NCBI GenBank assembly: GCA_027035985.1
Contig: JALVTI010000081.1
Span: 1 to 36,790 of the forward strand
Length of the DNA stretch: 36,790 nt
Direction of reading: 5' to 3'
From: Aquificales bacterium
GTDB taxonomy: Bacteria; Aquificota; Aquificia; Aquificales; QOAS01
Notes under the pieces: model-generated
The model's database searches: none
Told to the model about the DNA's origin: nothing
The model's input: the letters and a program-made list of their open reading frames with translations, nothing else
Shown here: piece after piece, positions 28,300-36,684 of the stretch
How the letters are laid out: each line of letters opens with the position of its first letter
How positions within the stretch are numbered: position 1 is the stretch's first letter
Position numbers and translations under genes: made by a program

Positions 28300-29196
28300 A
28301 TGCCGAGAAAGAGACTATACCTTTTCGATGGTTCTTCCTACATATACCGAGCCTACTACGCGTTGCCACCTCTTAAGACCAAGGGTGGTTTCCCCACGGG
28401 GGCGATATTCGGCTTTTTGAGGATGCTCCTCGCCTTTTTGAAGGAGAAAAAGCCCGCTTACGCGGGGGTTGTCTTCGATTTACCAAAAAAGACCTTTAGA
28501 AGCGAGCTATACGCCCAGTACAAAGCCCAGCGCAAACCAGCCCCCGACGACCTGAAGAGGCAGATACCGGTTATAAAAGAGCTTGTGAAACTTTTGGGTA
28601 TCCCGGTGTTGGAAAAGGAGGGCTACGAGGCGGACGACATCATTGCCACCCTCGCAAAGAGATTTTCCCAAAAGGGGTGGGAGGTAATCGTTTACACACC
28701 CGACAAGGATATGGCTCAACTGCTCTCCCTCGAGGGGGTAAAAATCGTAAACCCCCTAACGGAGGAGGAGATTACCCCCCAAAAGGTGGAGGAGAAATTC
28801 GGAGTCCTACCGGAGCAAATTCCCTCTTACCTCGCCCTCGTGGGGGATAAGGTGGACAATATCCCCGGCGTGGAGGGAATAGGTCCCAAACGGGCGAGGG
28901 AAATACTGAAAAAATACCGCTCGGTGGAGGAACTCATCGAGAATTGGGAAAAATTACCACCGAGCGTGAAAAAATACCTCTCCAAAACCTCGCCCGAGGA
29001 GTTAAAGAAGTGGCTCGAGCTGGTTAAACTCGACTACAACGTCCCCCTGGAGGTTTCGGAAAAAGACCTAAAACTCCAAAAGCCTAACTACGAAGAACTT
29101 AAGAAACGCCTTGAGGAACTGGAGATGAAAAGCCTCCTTAGGGAGCTCGAAAAAATTAGAAAAAACCACCTATTGGGGCAAAAGAGCCTTTTTTAA
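28300..29196 (+). CDS. Stand-alone 5'-3' exonuclease / flap endonuclease (PolA N-terminal domain)
   Basis: LFDGSSYIYRAYYA, YEADDIIATL, DKDMAQL, LVGDKVDNIPGVEGIGPK; ends without a polymerase domain; C-terminal QKSLF clamp-binding-like motif. Confidence 0.93.
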   Translation: MPRKRLYLFDGSSYIYRAYYALPPLKTKGGFPTGAIFGFLRMLLAFLKEKKPAYAGVVFDLPKKTFRSELYAQYKAQRKPAPDDLKRQIPVIKELVKLLGIPVLEKEGYEADDIIATLAKRFSQKGWEVIVYTPDKDMAQLLSLEGVKIVNPLTEEEITPQKVEEKFGVLPEQIPSYLALVGDKVDNIPGVEGIGPKRAREILKKYRSVEELIENWEKLPPSVKKYLSKTSPEELKKWLELVKLDYNVPLEVSEKDLKLQKPNYEELKKRLEELEMKSLLRELEKIRKNHLLGQKSLF

Positions 29197-29255
29197 CCTT
29201 TTGCGGATATCCAATCTCTTAACCCTTCCCCTTTGAGGTTCTAATAAATAACTTG

Positions 29256-30038
29256 ATGTCCTCCGAAGGAAATAAAAGTTGTCCCCTCTGCGGTGGCTTG
29301 GGTTTTGTATTCACCGAAAAGGGGGCAAAGAGGTGCAGGTGCGTCTACGAGAGGTTTAACCTCGGCAAATACCTCAATATCCCCAAGAGGTTTTGGGACG
29401 CCGATATAAGGCAGGTTAGACAGACGTTGGATAGGAAAACGTTGGCAACCCTCTACGGGTATTTGAAGGATTTCAAGACCTTTTATAGGAAGGGAGTCGG
29501 ATTGCTCCTCGTAGGGGAACAAGGTGTGGGGAAGACCTACATAGTGTCGGCGGTTCTCAAATACCTCTACACCAAGTATAGGATAAAGGGTCTCTTCACC
29601 GACACTAAGGAGTTGTCGATAAAACTGCGCGAGAGCTTTGCCGAAAAGGGGGCGTCGGAGATTATCGAATCGCTGGCGCGCGTTCCCATTCTCGTATTGG
29701 ACGACCTCGGAAACGAGGTGCTAACCGACTGGTATAGGGAGATACTCACCGGTTTGATAAGCAGGCGTTACAACGAAAAAAAGGTTACCTTTATAACGAC
29801 CAACTATTACCCCTCCTACCTGGTTGGGCGGACTTCCGAAGGTCAAAGTCTGGGTAGGGGTGTAAAGGTGATAAGCCGCGCGGAGCGCGGGATAAATTTT
29901 CCGAAGTTAAACACCGTCTCCGAGGATATGCTCCTCGACAAACGTTTCGGCTCCCACATGGTGTCGCGCCTCGGCGAGATGACAATCCCAATAGTGGTTT
30001 TGGGGAGGGATAAGAGGCTCCAAAAGGTGGTTATCTGA
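29256..30038 (+). CDS. dnaC: DnaC-type helicase loader AAA+ ATPase
   Basis: N-terminal CxxC..CxC, Walker A GEQGVGKT, LVLDDLG, RYN..TFITTN, SRL.EM. Confidence 0.82.
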   Translation: MSSEGNKSCPLCGGLGFVFTEKGAKRCRCVYERFNLGKYLNIPKRFWDADIRQVRQTLDRKTLATLYGYLKDFKTFYRKGVGLLLVGEQGVGKTYIVSAVLKYLYTKYRIKGLFTDTKELSIKLRESFAEKGASEIIESLARVPILVLDDLGNEVLTDWYREILTGLISRRYNEKKVTFITTNYYPSYLVGRTSEGQSLGRGVKVISRAERGINFPKLNTVSEDMLLDKRFGSHMVSRLGEMTIPIVVLGRDKRLQKVVI

Positions 30039-30999
30039 CCACCTTCTCAAGTTCCTCCAACAGGTTTTTCGGAAGCCTTATCTCCCTATCCAATACGAGG
30101 AGCCTTGCGTCGGTTTTCTCCCTCAGCTTGTATAGGTCTTTAAAGGTTGTTATCCAAAGAAGGGAGGGGTCTAGTTTTACCCCCTCATACCCGTAGTGGT
30201 CGGGAAATGCGAGGGTTTCCCCTATTTGGAATCCATATCTATTTGCCAAACCTTTAAGGGTGTTTTGAAAACCTTTGTTGTCCCCCACGGCGGAGACTAT
30301 ACCGACCTTTCTCCCTTTGAGGGTTTCGAAGGGAACCTCCTCCCCCTCGGGGGTTAGGAGTCTATAGCCGACCACCCCGAGGTAGCCGAATGGTTTTCCC
30401 ATTTCGAGGCATAGTCTTTCGAGCTCCCCGTGCGGTGGTGAGGTTTTCGAAAATAGACAAAAGTTTGCCCTCCAAAGGGCGGAAAGGTGTTCCCTCAACC
30501 TCCCGAAGGGCAAAACCCTATCCCTCAAATCCTTTGGGGTCAGCAGGACTATGTCGAAATCGCGCTCAATCGCCAGGTGCTGAAAGCCGTCGTCGAGCAA
30601 AATGAGGTCGGGTTTAAAGGTCTCTTCGAGGAGGCGAGCGCCCTCGCAACGCCTTTCGGCAACCGCCACCGCTACACCCTTCAGCCTAGAGGCGTATAGG
30701 AAAGCCTCGTCCCCCGCTTCCTCGACGCCCAAAAGGGGTCTATCACCCGCCGAAACTAGGAGCGCCCCCCTCGTTTTTCTCCCGTAGCCCCTTAGAAGGA
30801 TAGCCGTTTCCACGCCTCTGGAGGAAAAGAATTTTGCGAGCTCCAAGGTGGTGGGTGTCTTTCCCGTTCCGCCCACCGAGAGGTTTCCAATTGAAACGAC
30901 AACCGCCTTTGGTCGGCACCTCTTTAGAACCCCTTTGAGGTAGAGTTTCTCCCGAACCTTTACCGCCCAGAGGTAGGGATTAAAAAGTTTCCAAACCAA
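30031..30999 (-). CDS. lpxK: Tetraacyldisaccharide 4'-kinase
   Basis: GNLSVGGTGKTP, RGYG, GDE, LDDGFQH, LPFGRLRE, FPDHY. Confidence 0.96.
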   Translation of the reverse strand: MVWKLFNPYLWAVKVREKLYLKGVLKRCRPKAVVVSIGNLSVGGTGKTPTTLELAKFFSSRGVETAILLRGYGRKTRGALLVSAGDRPLLGVEEAGDEAFLYASRLKGVAVAVAERRCEGARLLEETFKPDLILLDDGFQHLAIERDFDIVLLTPKDLRDRVLPFGRLREHLSALWRANFCLFSKTSPPHGELERLCLEMGKPFGYLGVVGYRLLTPEGEEVPFETLKGRKVGIVSAVGDNKGFQNTLKGLANRYGFQIGETLAFPDHYGYEGVKLDPSLLWITTFKDLYKLREKTDARLLVLDREIRLPKNLLEELEKVVR

Positions 31000-31061
31000 G
31001 GTGGGAAAGAATTTTACTAACTCAAAAGGGTAAGAGGAGGGGAGAAACTAATTTGGGGAAA

Positions 31062-31778
31062 TTATTGACCCTCTCCCTTAAGGCGGTTTAGAAGTTCGTT
31101 GTAAACCTCCTTTAGGTCTCCCAAATCGAACCTAAAGACATCCTTGTCGAGTTTCTTTTTGGTCTTGGCGTCCCAGAGGCGACAGCTGTCGGGGGATATC
31201 TCATCGGCTAAAACGAGCTGTCCATCGGGAGTCTTTCCAAACTCCAATTTAAAGTCTACAAGCAATATTTCCCTCGCGGCGAAGAAAGCCTTCAAGACTT
31301 CGTTGACCTCGAGAGCTATCTTTTTCATCTCCTCTATATCTTCGAGGTCGGCGAGTTTTAGGAGTTCTATATGTTCGGCGCATACCAACGGGTCGTGGAG
31401 CTCGTCATTTTTCCAAAAAGTCTCCACGAGGGGTTTTTCCAATTTTGTCCCTTCGGGGATACCGTAGCGTCTCGTAAAGCTTCCCGCGGCGAAGTTTCTC
31501 ACAACCACCTCGACGGGAATAATCTCCACCCTCTTGGCGAGCATCTCGCGGTCGGAGAGTTTTTTAATGTAATGGGTGGGAATACCCCTTTTGTTTAAGA
31601 CTTCAAAAATCAACGAAGAAATAGCGTTGTTTATAACCCCCTTGCCGACTATTTCCTCTTTTTTTACACCGTCAAAGGCGGTGGTGTCGTCTTTGAAATA
31701 GATAACGACCTTATCGGGTTCGTCGGTGGCATAAATTATCTTTGCCTTCCCTTCGTAGAGCTTCTCCCTCTTCTCCAT
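31062..31778 (-). CDS. purC: SAICAR synthetase
   Basis: LYEGKAK, IPVEVVVRN, LVDFKLEFG, LADEISPDSCRLWD. Confidence 0.99.
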   Translation of the reverse strand: MEKREKLYEGKAKIIYATDEPDKVVIYFKDDTTAFDGVKKEEIVGKGVINNAISSLIFEVLNKRGIPTHYIKKLSDREMLAKRVEIIPVEVVVRNFAAGSFTRRYGIPEGTKLEKPLVETFWKNDELHDPLVCAEHIELLKLADLEDIEEMKKIALEVNEVLKAFFAAREILLVDFKLEFGKTPDGQLVLADEISPDSCRLWDAKTKKKLDKDVFRFDLGDLKEVYNELLNRLKGEGQ

Positions 31779-31779
31779 A

Positions 31780-32388
31780 TTAGGGATTTCCTATTTTATT
31801 CCCGCCACAGGCGGGCACTATTTTTGAGATATCGATAATCAGATAGTTATCCTCTCCACCGAAGACCTCAATTCGCTTCGGTTTTCCATCTCTGTCGACT
31901 TCCAAGATGGCTTTCTCCACATATTGTGAGAGTTCCCCTTTGGGGATTAGAAGGTAGCGGTTTCCGTTCAATGGTTTTATTTCAAAAAGCTCTTCCAAGC
32001 GGTTTAGGTGAAATAAAACCTCCAAAATAGGATTTTTGTACTCCCTCCTATCGAGGGTTTGTTTTTCCTCACCCCTATATCCGAGGGTTATATAAAAGCC
32101 TTTAACCGAAACCTCAAAGGGTGGGTTGGTGAAATATACAACCTTCCACCGGTCTTTTGAAAATCTTTCCAAGACACCTTTGTAGTTTTCCTCCTCGCCT
32201 TGAAAAAAACCCTTTTGGGTGAAAAAAACTGTAAAACAATCCCCGTTTGGTAAAAATTTATGAAAATTAACAGCCTCTTTATTGGAAATTTCGTTTGCAA
32301 AAATGGGAATAGCAAACAAGAAAACCTTACCAAACTTGGCGATTATTTTTAGAATATTAAATCTACTATGTTTGATTTTGAATTTCAT
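31780..32388 (-). CDS. LolA-like outer-membrane lipoprotein carrier; start uncertain
   Basis: Signal-like segment, then F.Q, Y.G, W.Y..P, NP..VL, L.PK pattern of the LolA fold. Confidence 0.6.
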   Translation of the reverse strand: MKFKIKHSRFNILKIIAKFGKVFLFAIPIFANEISNKEAVNFHKFLPNGDCFTVFFTQKGFFQGEEENYKGVLERFSKDRWKVVYFTNPPFEVSVKGFYITLGYRGEEKQTLDRREYKNPILEVLFHLNRLEELFEIKPLNGNRYLLIPKGELSQYVEKAILEVDRDGKPKRIEVFGGEDNYLIIDISKIVPACGGNKIGNP

Positions 32389-32955
32389 ATAGCGCATGAA
32401 GTGGATAATCCTACGCATATTTTCTTTTACAAACCGATAAATATCGGTGTAAATACCCTAAAAGTGAAGATTTTGGATAACTTCGATATAGATTTTGACA
32501 AAAGTTATCAGCTTTACCTAAATATGGGAGGTTCCAACTTTTCCTTTATAACAAAACCGTTGAAAAAAAGTTCAAATAACGAAGTGGAGCTTTTAGTTCA
32601 GGAAAGTAGAATAGAATTGCGTAAATATCCACGACTTAAAACAGAACATCTAAACGTCAAAGTATTTGTTAGAACTTTGGAAGGTATTTTGGCGGATATT
32701 TCTCTCGGCGGATGTAAGCTTAAGTTTAACAGCCCAATACCCAGCTCATTTTTTGAAAAAGGGGCAAAGGCTAAACTATCTATGGCTATCCCGGGGATTG
32801 AAAACCTTGTCGACCTTTCGGCTTACATAGTAAACGTAAACCCTAAAGAACATGCCGTTTCCTTCGCCTTTGAAACTAAGGATAATAAGGTTCTCACAAC
32901 GTATAAAACCATCTCCGACCTATTGAAGGGAAAGGGAAAGGAAATATTAAGCTAA
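32368..32955 (+). CDS. PilZ domain c-di-GMP-binding protein
   Basis: RKYPR (RxxxR) and DISLGG (DxSxxG) motifs. Confidence 0.88.
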   Translation: MFDFEFHIAHEVDNPTHIFFYKPINIGVNTLKVKILDNFDIDFDKSYQLYLNMGGSNFSFITKPLKKSSNNEVELLVQESRIELRKYPRLKTEHLNVKVFVRTLEGILADISLGGCKLKFNSPIPSSFFEKGAKAKLSMAIPGIENLVDLSAYIVNVNPKEHAVSFAFETKDNKVLTTYKTISDLLKGKGKEILS

Positions 32956-33744
32956 TCCCCTCGCCCGTTTGTAAGCCTCCTCTATTACCTCTATAAGTTT
33001 CCCCTTTATCCCTTCCGAGTGGAGTTTCGAAAGTCCGTAAATTGTAGTCCCCGCGGGGGAGGTCACTTTATCCCTAAGCAGTATGGGGTGGTTTCCACTC
33101 TCCTCTATAAGTTGGAGTGTTCCCGTAAAGGTGTAGAGCGCTATTTTTAGGGCTTCGGGGTATTTGAAGCCGAGCTTTACCCCAGCCTCGGCGAAGGCGT
33201 CGACTATTTCGGCTATAAAGGCAGGTGCGCTTCCCGCCAAGGCGGTTATAGCATCCATCAGACTTTCGTCCAGCTCCACCACCAAGCCGGTTTTCCCGAG
33301 GAGTTCCTTAACCCTTTCCCGCTCCGCGAGGGTGAGATTTTCCGAGTAGGCGACCCCCCACACCCCCTTGCCGACGGCGACGTTTACATTCGGCATGGTG
33401 CGGACTATTTTTGAGTCTTCCCCCAAGAGGTCTTTGAGTTTTTGGAGGGAAACACCCGCGGCGACCGAAATGAAAATTTTTTCCCCTTTTTGGGGGTGGT
33501 CTTTAAAGGGCTTTACCGCCGCGGGGAGGTCTTTGGGTTTGGTAGCCAAAAAGAGGATTTGGGATTTTTCGAAAACCTCCTTGGGTGGGAGGACTTTAAA
33601 CCCCTCCTTTTGGAGTTTTTCCTTACTCTTTTCGCTCCTCACGGAGGCGAGAATCTTTTCTTTGGGAAACCCGGCGCGGGTAAGACCTTCGGCTATAGCC
33701 CTCGCCATGTTTCCAAATCCGATAAAACCCACCGTAGGTTGCAT
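32947..33744 (-). CDS. proC: Pyrroline-5-carboxylate reductase
   Basis: GFIGFGNMA, ISVAAG, RTMPN, GSAPAF, VTSPAGTT. Confidence 0.97.
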   Translation of the reverse strand: MQPTVGFIGFGNMARAIAEGLTRAGFPKEKILASVRSEKSKEKLQKEGFKVLPPKEVFEKSQILFLATKPKDLPAAVKPFKDHPQKGEKIFISVAAGVSLQKLKDLLGEDSKIVRTMPNVNVAVGKGVWGVAYSENLTLAERERVKELLGKTGLVVELDESLMDAITALAGSAPAFIAEIVDAFAEAGVKLGFKYPEALKIALYTFTGTLQLIEESGNHPILLRDKVTSPAGTTIYGLSKLHSEGIKGKLIEVIEEAYKRARGLA

Positions 33745-33762
33745 AGAGATTATTCTCACCTA

Positions 33763-34206
33763 ATGGGGGAAAGGGAATATTTCCTCTCCCTCGCGGTGGA
33801 GGAGGCGAAAAAGGCTTTCCACAAGGGGGAGGTTCCGGTCGGGTGTGTGATAACCCTAAGGGGTGAGGTAATTGCAAAAGCCCACAACCGGGTGGAGGAA
33901 CTGTCCGATATAACCGCCCATGCGGAGATGCTCGCCATTTCCGAAGCCTCCAAAAGGGTGGGAATAAAAACCCTCCGCGAGTGCGAGATATACGTCACCC
34001 TCGAACCCTGTCCCATGTGCGCGGGGGCTATAGCCTTGGCGGGGTTTAGAAGACTCTACTTTGGCGCCTACAACCCAAAGCACGGGGCGGTGGTGAGCCG
34101 TTTCTTTATAGCAGAGGAATACAGCATTCCGTGGGAGCGTATCCCCTGCGAAGAGTGTTCCAAACTGCTCGGGGATTTCTTTAAAGGATTGAGAAAGAAG
34201 GATTAA
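33763..34206 (+). CDS. tadA: tRNA adenosine(34) deaminase
   Basis: GEVPVG, TAHAEM, YVTLEPCPMCAGA; start MGERE at 33763. Confidence 0.93.
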   Translation: MGEREYFLSLAVEEAKKAFHKGEVPVGCVITLRGEVIAKAHNRVEELSDITAHAEMLAISEASKRVGIKTLRECEIYVTLEPCPMCAGAIALAGFRRLYFGAYNPKHGAVVSRFFIAEEYSIPWERIPCEECSKLLGDFFKGLRKKD

Positions 34207-34208
34207 TT

Positions 34209-34233
34209 CCCGCCTTCGGCGGGGTTTGATTTT
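34209..34233 (+). terminator. Intrinsic terminator after tadA
   Basis: CCCGCC-TTC-GGCGGG followed by GTTTGATTTT. Confidence 0.6.
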
Positions 34234-34245
34234 ATGACGTCATAA
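34232..34245. promoter_or_regulatory. Palindromic operator upstream of the TA operon
   Basis: Perfect 14-bp palindrome TTATGACGTCATAA overlapping a CATAAT -10-like box. Confidence 0.6.
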
Positions 34246-34262
34246 TGTTAAAGTTGAGGCTC

Positions 34263-34505
34263 ATGCGAAGGGTAGCCACCACTTTACGCCTCGACGAGGA
34301 GAAAGCCCGCCTCCTGCGCGCCTTAGCGGGTTACGAAAGGAGGAGCATTAACGAGATTCTCAACGAACTTGTGGACGAATACATCGAACGCCATAAGGAG
34401 ACTCTAGAACTTCTATCCATTCCCGGTTTTTTGGAAGAGTGTAAGGAGGGACTCGAAGAGATAAGAAGGGGTGGCGGGAAAACCTTGGATGGGTTGGACG
34501 ATTAA
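34263..34505 (+). CDS. Type II antitoxin, ribbon-helix-helix
   Basis: TTLRLDEE..RRSINEILNE RHH; ETLELLS...GLEEIRRG tail; overlaps the toxin start. Confidence 0.85.
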   Translation: MRRVATTLRLDEEKARLLRALAGYERRSINEILNELVDEYIERHKETLELLSIPGFLEECKEGLEEIRRGGGKTLDGLDD

Positions 34506-34758
34506 ACTCTCCAAAGTTGCGGAAAAGAAATACAAAAAACTCGATACGGTTACCAAAAGTGGAATTAAAGAAGCCCTCAAAGGGTTATCGGAAGTGGAAA
34601 ATCCCAAATATGGGAAGGATGTTAAACCCCTAACGGGGAAACTTAAAGGCTTCTACCGATTGAGGGTTGGGGATTTTAGGGTTATATTCGCAATCCTCCC
34701 CAAAGAGCGGATTATCGCCGTGGTGAATATAGCACCCCGTGGGGATGTCTATAAGTAG
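34489..34758 (+). CDS. relE: RelE/ParE family toxin
   Basis: W.IKLSK.A.K, VKPLTG, YRLRVGDFRVIF, IAPRGDVYK. Confidence 0.93.
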   Translation: MGWTIKLSKVAEKKYKKLDTVTKSGIKEALKGLSEVENPKYGKDVKPLTGKLKGFYRLRVGDFRVIFAILPKERIIAVVNIAPRGDVYK

Positions 34759-34806
34759 GTCTAATATGCATTGATTTTTGCATACACTTTTGTAAGTATT
34801 TTTTTT

Positions 34807-35064
34807 ATGAAAACCAAAAAGGTTAGGAAAACCATAAGTGTATCTCCCGAAGTGGATAGAGTCCTTCGACTTTTGAGCAAACGGTTTAAAAAAAGTCAGA
34901 ACCAAATAATAGAAGAACTTGTGAAGGAAAAACTTAAAGAGCTCCGAAAGGAAGAGAGATTGAAAGCCTTTAAGGAGCTTGTAGAGATGACGGAAAACCT
35001 TAGGGGGGTTGTAGGAAACAAACGTATTCAGGATATTAAGGAGGAAATGGGAGGTGAACTGTAA
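34807..35064 (+). CDS. CopG/RHH antitoxin (VapB-like)
   Basis: RKTISVS..SQNQIIEE RHH; overlaps the PIN gene start. Confidence 0.82.
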   Translation: MKTKKVRKTISVSPEVDRVLRLLSKRFKKSQNQIIEELVKEKLKELRKEERLKAFKELVEMTENLRGVVGNKRIQDIKEEMGGEL

Positions 35065-35494
35065 GAGAATTTTTGTAGACGCCAATGTTCTTATAGACCT
35101 CTTTGATGTAAGCAGACCTTTAAGGGAGTTTTCGATAAAAACCATCCAAACATTATTGGAAAGCGATGTAGAGATTTACACAAGTTGCGACCTTATAACG
35201 ACCGTTTATTATGTCCTAAGGAAAAAGTTCGGAAAAGAGGCTTTAGTCTTTATCGAAAGATTGTCCAAGATGTGTTCGATAGTTCCCTTTTCAAATCACG
35301 AAGTGGAAAGAGCTATAGAGCTTATGAAGCAGGATTCAAATTTTAAGGATTTAGAGGATACCATCCAATATGTTTTGGCTAAAAAGATGCGGTGCGATTT
35401 AATACTTACCAACGATAAAAGCTTTTATTCGCCGGATATTGCGGTGATTAATGTTAAAGATTTCTTAAAAAGACAAGAAAATCGGAGAAGTTAG
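35054..35494 (+). CDS. vapC: PIN domain toxin (VapC-like)
   Basis: IFVDANVLIDL, DLEDTIQY, ILTND acidic catalytic residues. Confidence 0.9.
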   Translation: MNCKRIFVDANVLIDLFDVSRPLREFSIKTIQTLLESDVEIYTSCDLITTVYYVLRKKFGKEALVFIERLSKMCSIVPFSNHEVERAIELMKQDSNFKDLEDTIQYVLAKKMRCDLILTNDKSFYSPDIAVINVKDFLKRQENRRS

Positions 35495-35502
35495 TGAAAA
35501 AA

Positions 35503-36033
35503 TCACTTCCCGCCTTCGGTAGGGTTTTGTTTTTCCTCTAGTTCGGCAACCTCTGCGACCGCGGCTTCGGCGAAGGTTTCAAACGCCCACACTATAAAGG
35601 TGGTGAGAGCCGCACCCCAGAAGACCGCTTCCATTAGGGTTTTCAGGTCGGCAAAGGTCGGCAGGGTGTTCACCGCCAAGGCGAAGAGCAACACTATCAC
35701 AAACCCGAAGTAGTAGGTGTAGCGGTAAGGTTCGAGCGCCGCCATAACGAGCGCCAGCGCCGCCGAAAGGGGAAGTTGCTTCAATTCCTCTTCACTCTTT
35801 CCACTCTTTTGGGCTACCTTTTGGAGGTCTTTAACCTCTCCCTTCTCCCTAAAGGCGTCGGCGACCGCCATCACGAGGGTGTAAGCCGACAGCAACCTGA
35901 AGGCGAACATGCCGAATGCCAAAGAGGCGAGCAGTATAAGACCTACCTCGGGTGAAATTATAGAAACCCCCACCCACAGGAGGACGGCTACAACCAAAAA
36001 TCCCGCCAAAAGGAGGGTAAACCAGAAGCTCAT
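35503..36033 (-). CDS. Hypothetical multi-pass membrane protein
   Basis: 4-5 hydrophobic segments; ATGA overlap with the upstream gene and GGAGG RBS. Confidence 0.8.
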   Translation of the reverse strand: MSFWFTLLLAGFLVVAVLLWVGVSIISPEVGLILLASLAFGMFAFRLLSAYTLVMAVADAFREKGEVKDLQKVAQKSGKSEEELKQLPLSAALALVMAALEPYRYTYYFGFVIVLLFALAVNTLPTFADLKTLMEAVFWGAALTTFIVWAFETFAEAAVAEVAELEEKQNPTEGGK

Positions 36034-36560
36034 TTTTCCTCACCTCCTTTGGTGGCTTGTTCTTTTTTAGCCTCCTCAGCGGCTTTCCTCATAACCTCCG
36101 CGGGGTTTTGGGAAACCGGCTTTCCGACGGTTAGCCTATAGGTGGTGGTGTAGATTTGGGGTATGTAGGGGTAGTGGTAGACGAGCGTTCCGCTTATGAT
36201 GTCTCCTATTTGAACCTTACCCCTGCTGGACTCTTTGAGGTTAATAACCAACCTCGCGATGGTTCCACCGTCAACCTTTACGTTCGCGGGTAGATTTGCA
36301 ATGGCGTATCCGTTGCCGCTTTTGGGTTTGAATACCAATCCGGTGGTCTCGATAAAGATGGGCAATCCGCCGGGGTTAAATACATCCATAACGAGGGCAT
36401 TTTTCTTGGCGTCGTATTTTGCACCCACCACTATCGGCGCACCGGGCAGGCTTTTAACCGTCTGCACCGCCGAGGTGTAGGTGATAAATCCGCCGATACC
36501 CATTCCGAGCAGCACGCCGACGATTGTCACCAAAACGGCGACCGTCAGGGTTTTCCGCAT
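36030..36560 (-). CDS. Hypothetical membrane-anchored beta-rich (Ig-like?) exported protein
   Basis: N-terminal TM helix, beta-strand-rich body; GGAGGT RBS. Confidence 0.8.
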   Translation of the reverse strand: MRKTLTVAVLVTIVGVLLGMGIGGFITYTSAVQTVKSLPGAPIVVGAKYDAKKNALVMDVFNPGGLPIFIETTGLVFKPKSGNGYAIANLPANVKVDGGTIARLVINLKESSRGKVQIGDIISGTLVYHYPYIPQIYTTTYRLTVGKPVSQNPAEVMRKAAEEAKKEQATKGGEEK

Positions 36561-36684
36561 CTCCTTACCTCCGTAAGTTTTTAATAAGCACTAAAAACTT
36601 TATACGGAAAGACTAAATATTTATGACACTAAGTAGCTAAAAATTTTGATACAACGTCGGGTCTTAAACTAATTAACCCTTAAA

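Noticed and set aside
28300-29196. Truncated polA pseudogene
   Set aside because: Intact domain with a clean stop; a separate 5'-3' exonuclease is known in Aquifex
29256-30038. DnaC/IstB-like ATPase as an IS21 or prophage marker
   Set aside because: No istA, integrase or phage genes nearby; housekeeping context and host-like codon usage
1347-36480. Many antisense or alternate-frame ORFs in the track (e.g. 3367-4239, 17431-18114, 34630-35145) and long N-terminal extensions of argC, lysS, tadA and rlmD
   Set aside because: Shadows of well-supported genes; extensions overlap divergent neighbours and lack family similarity
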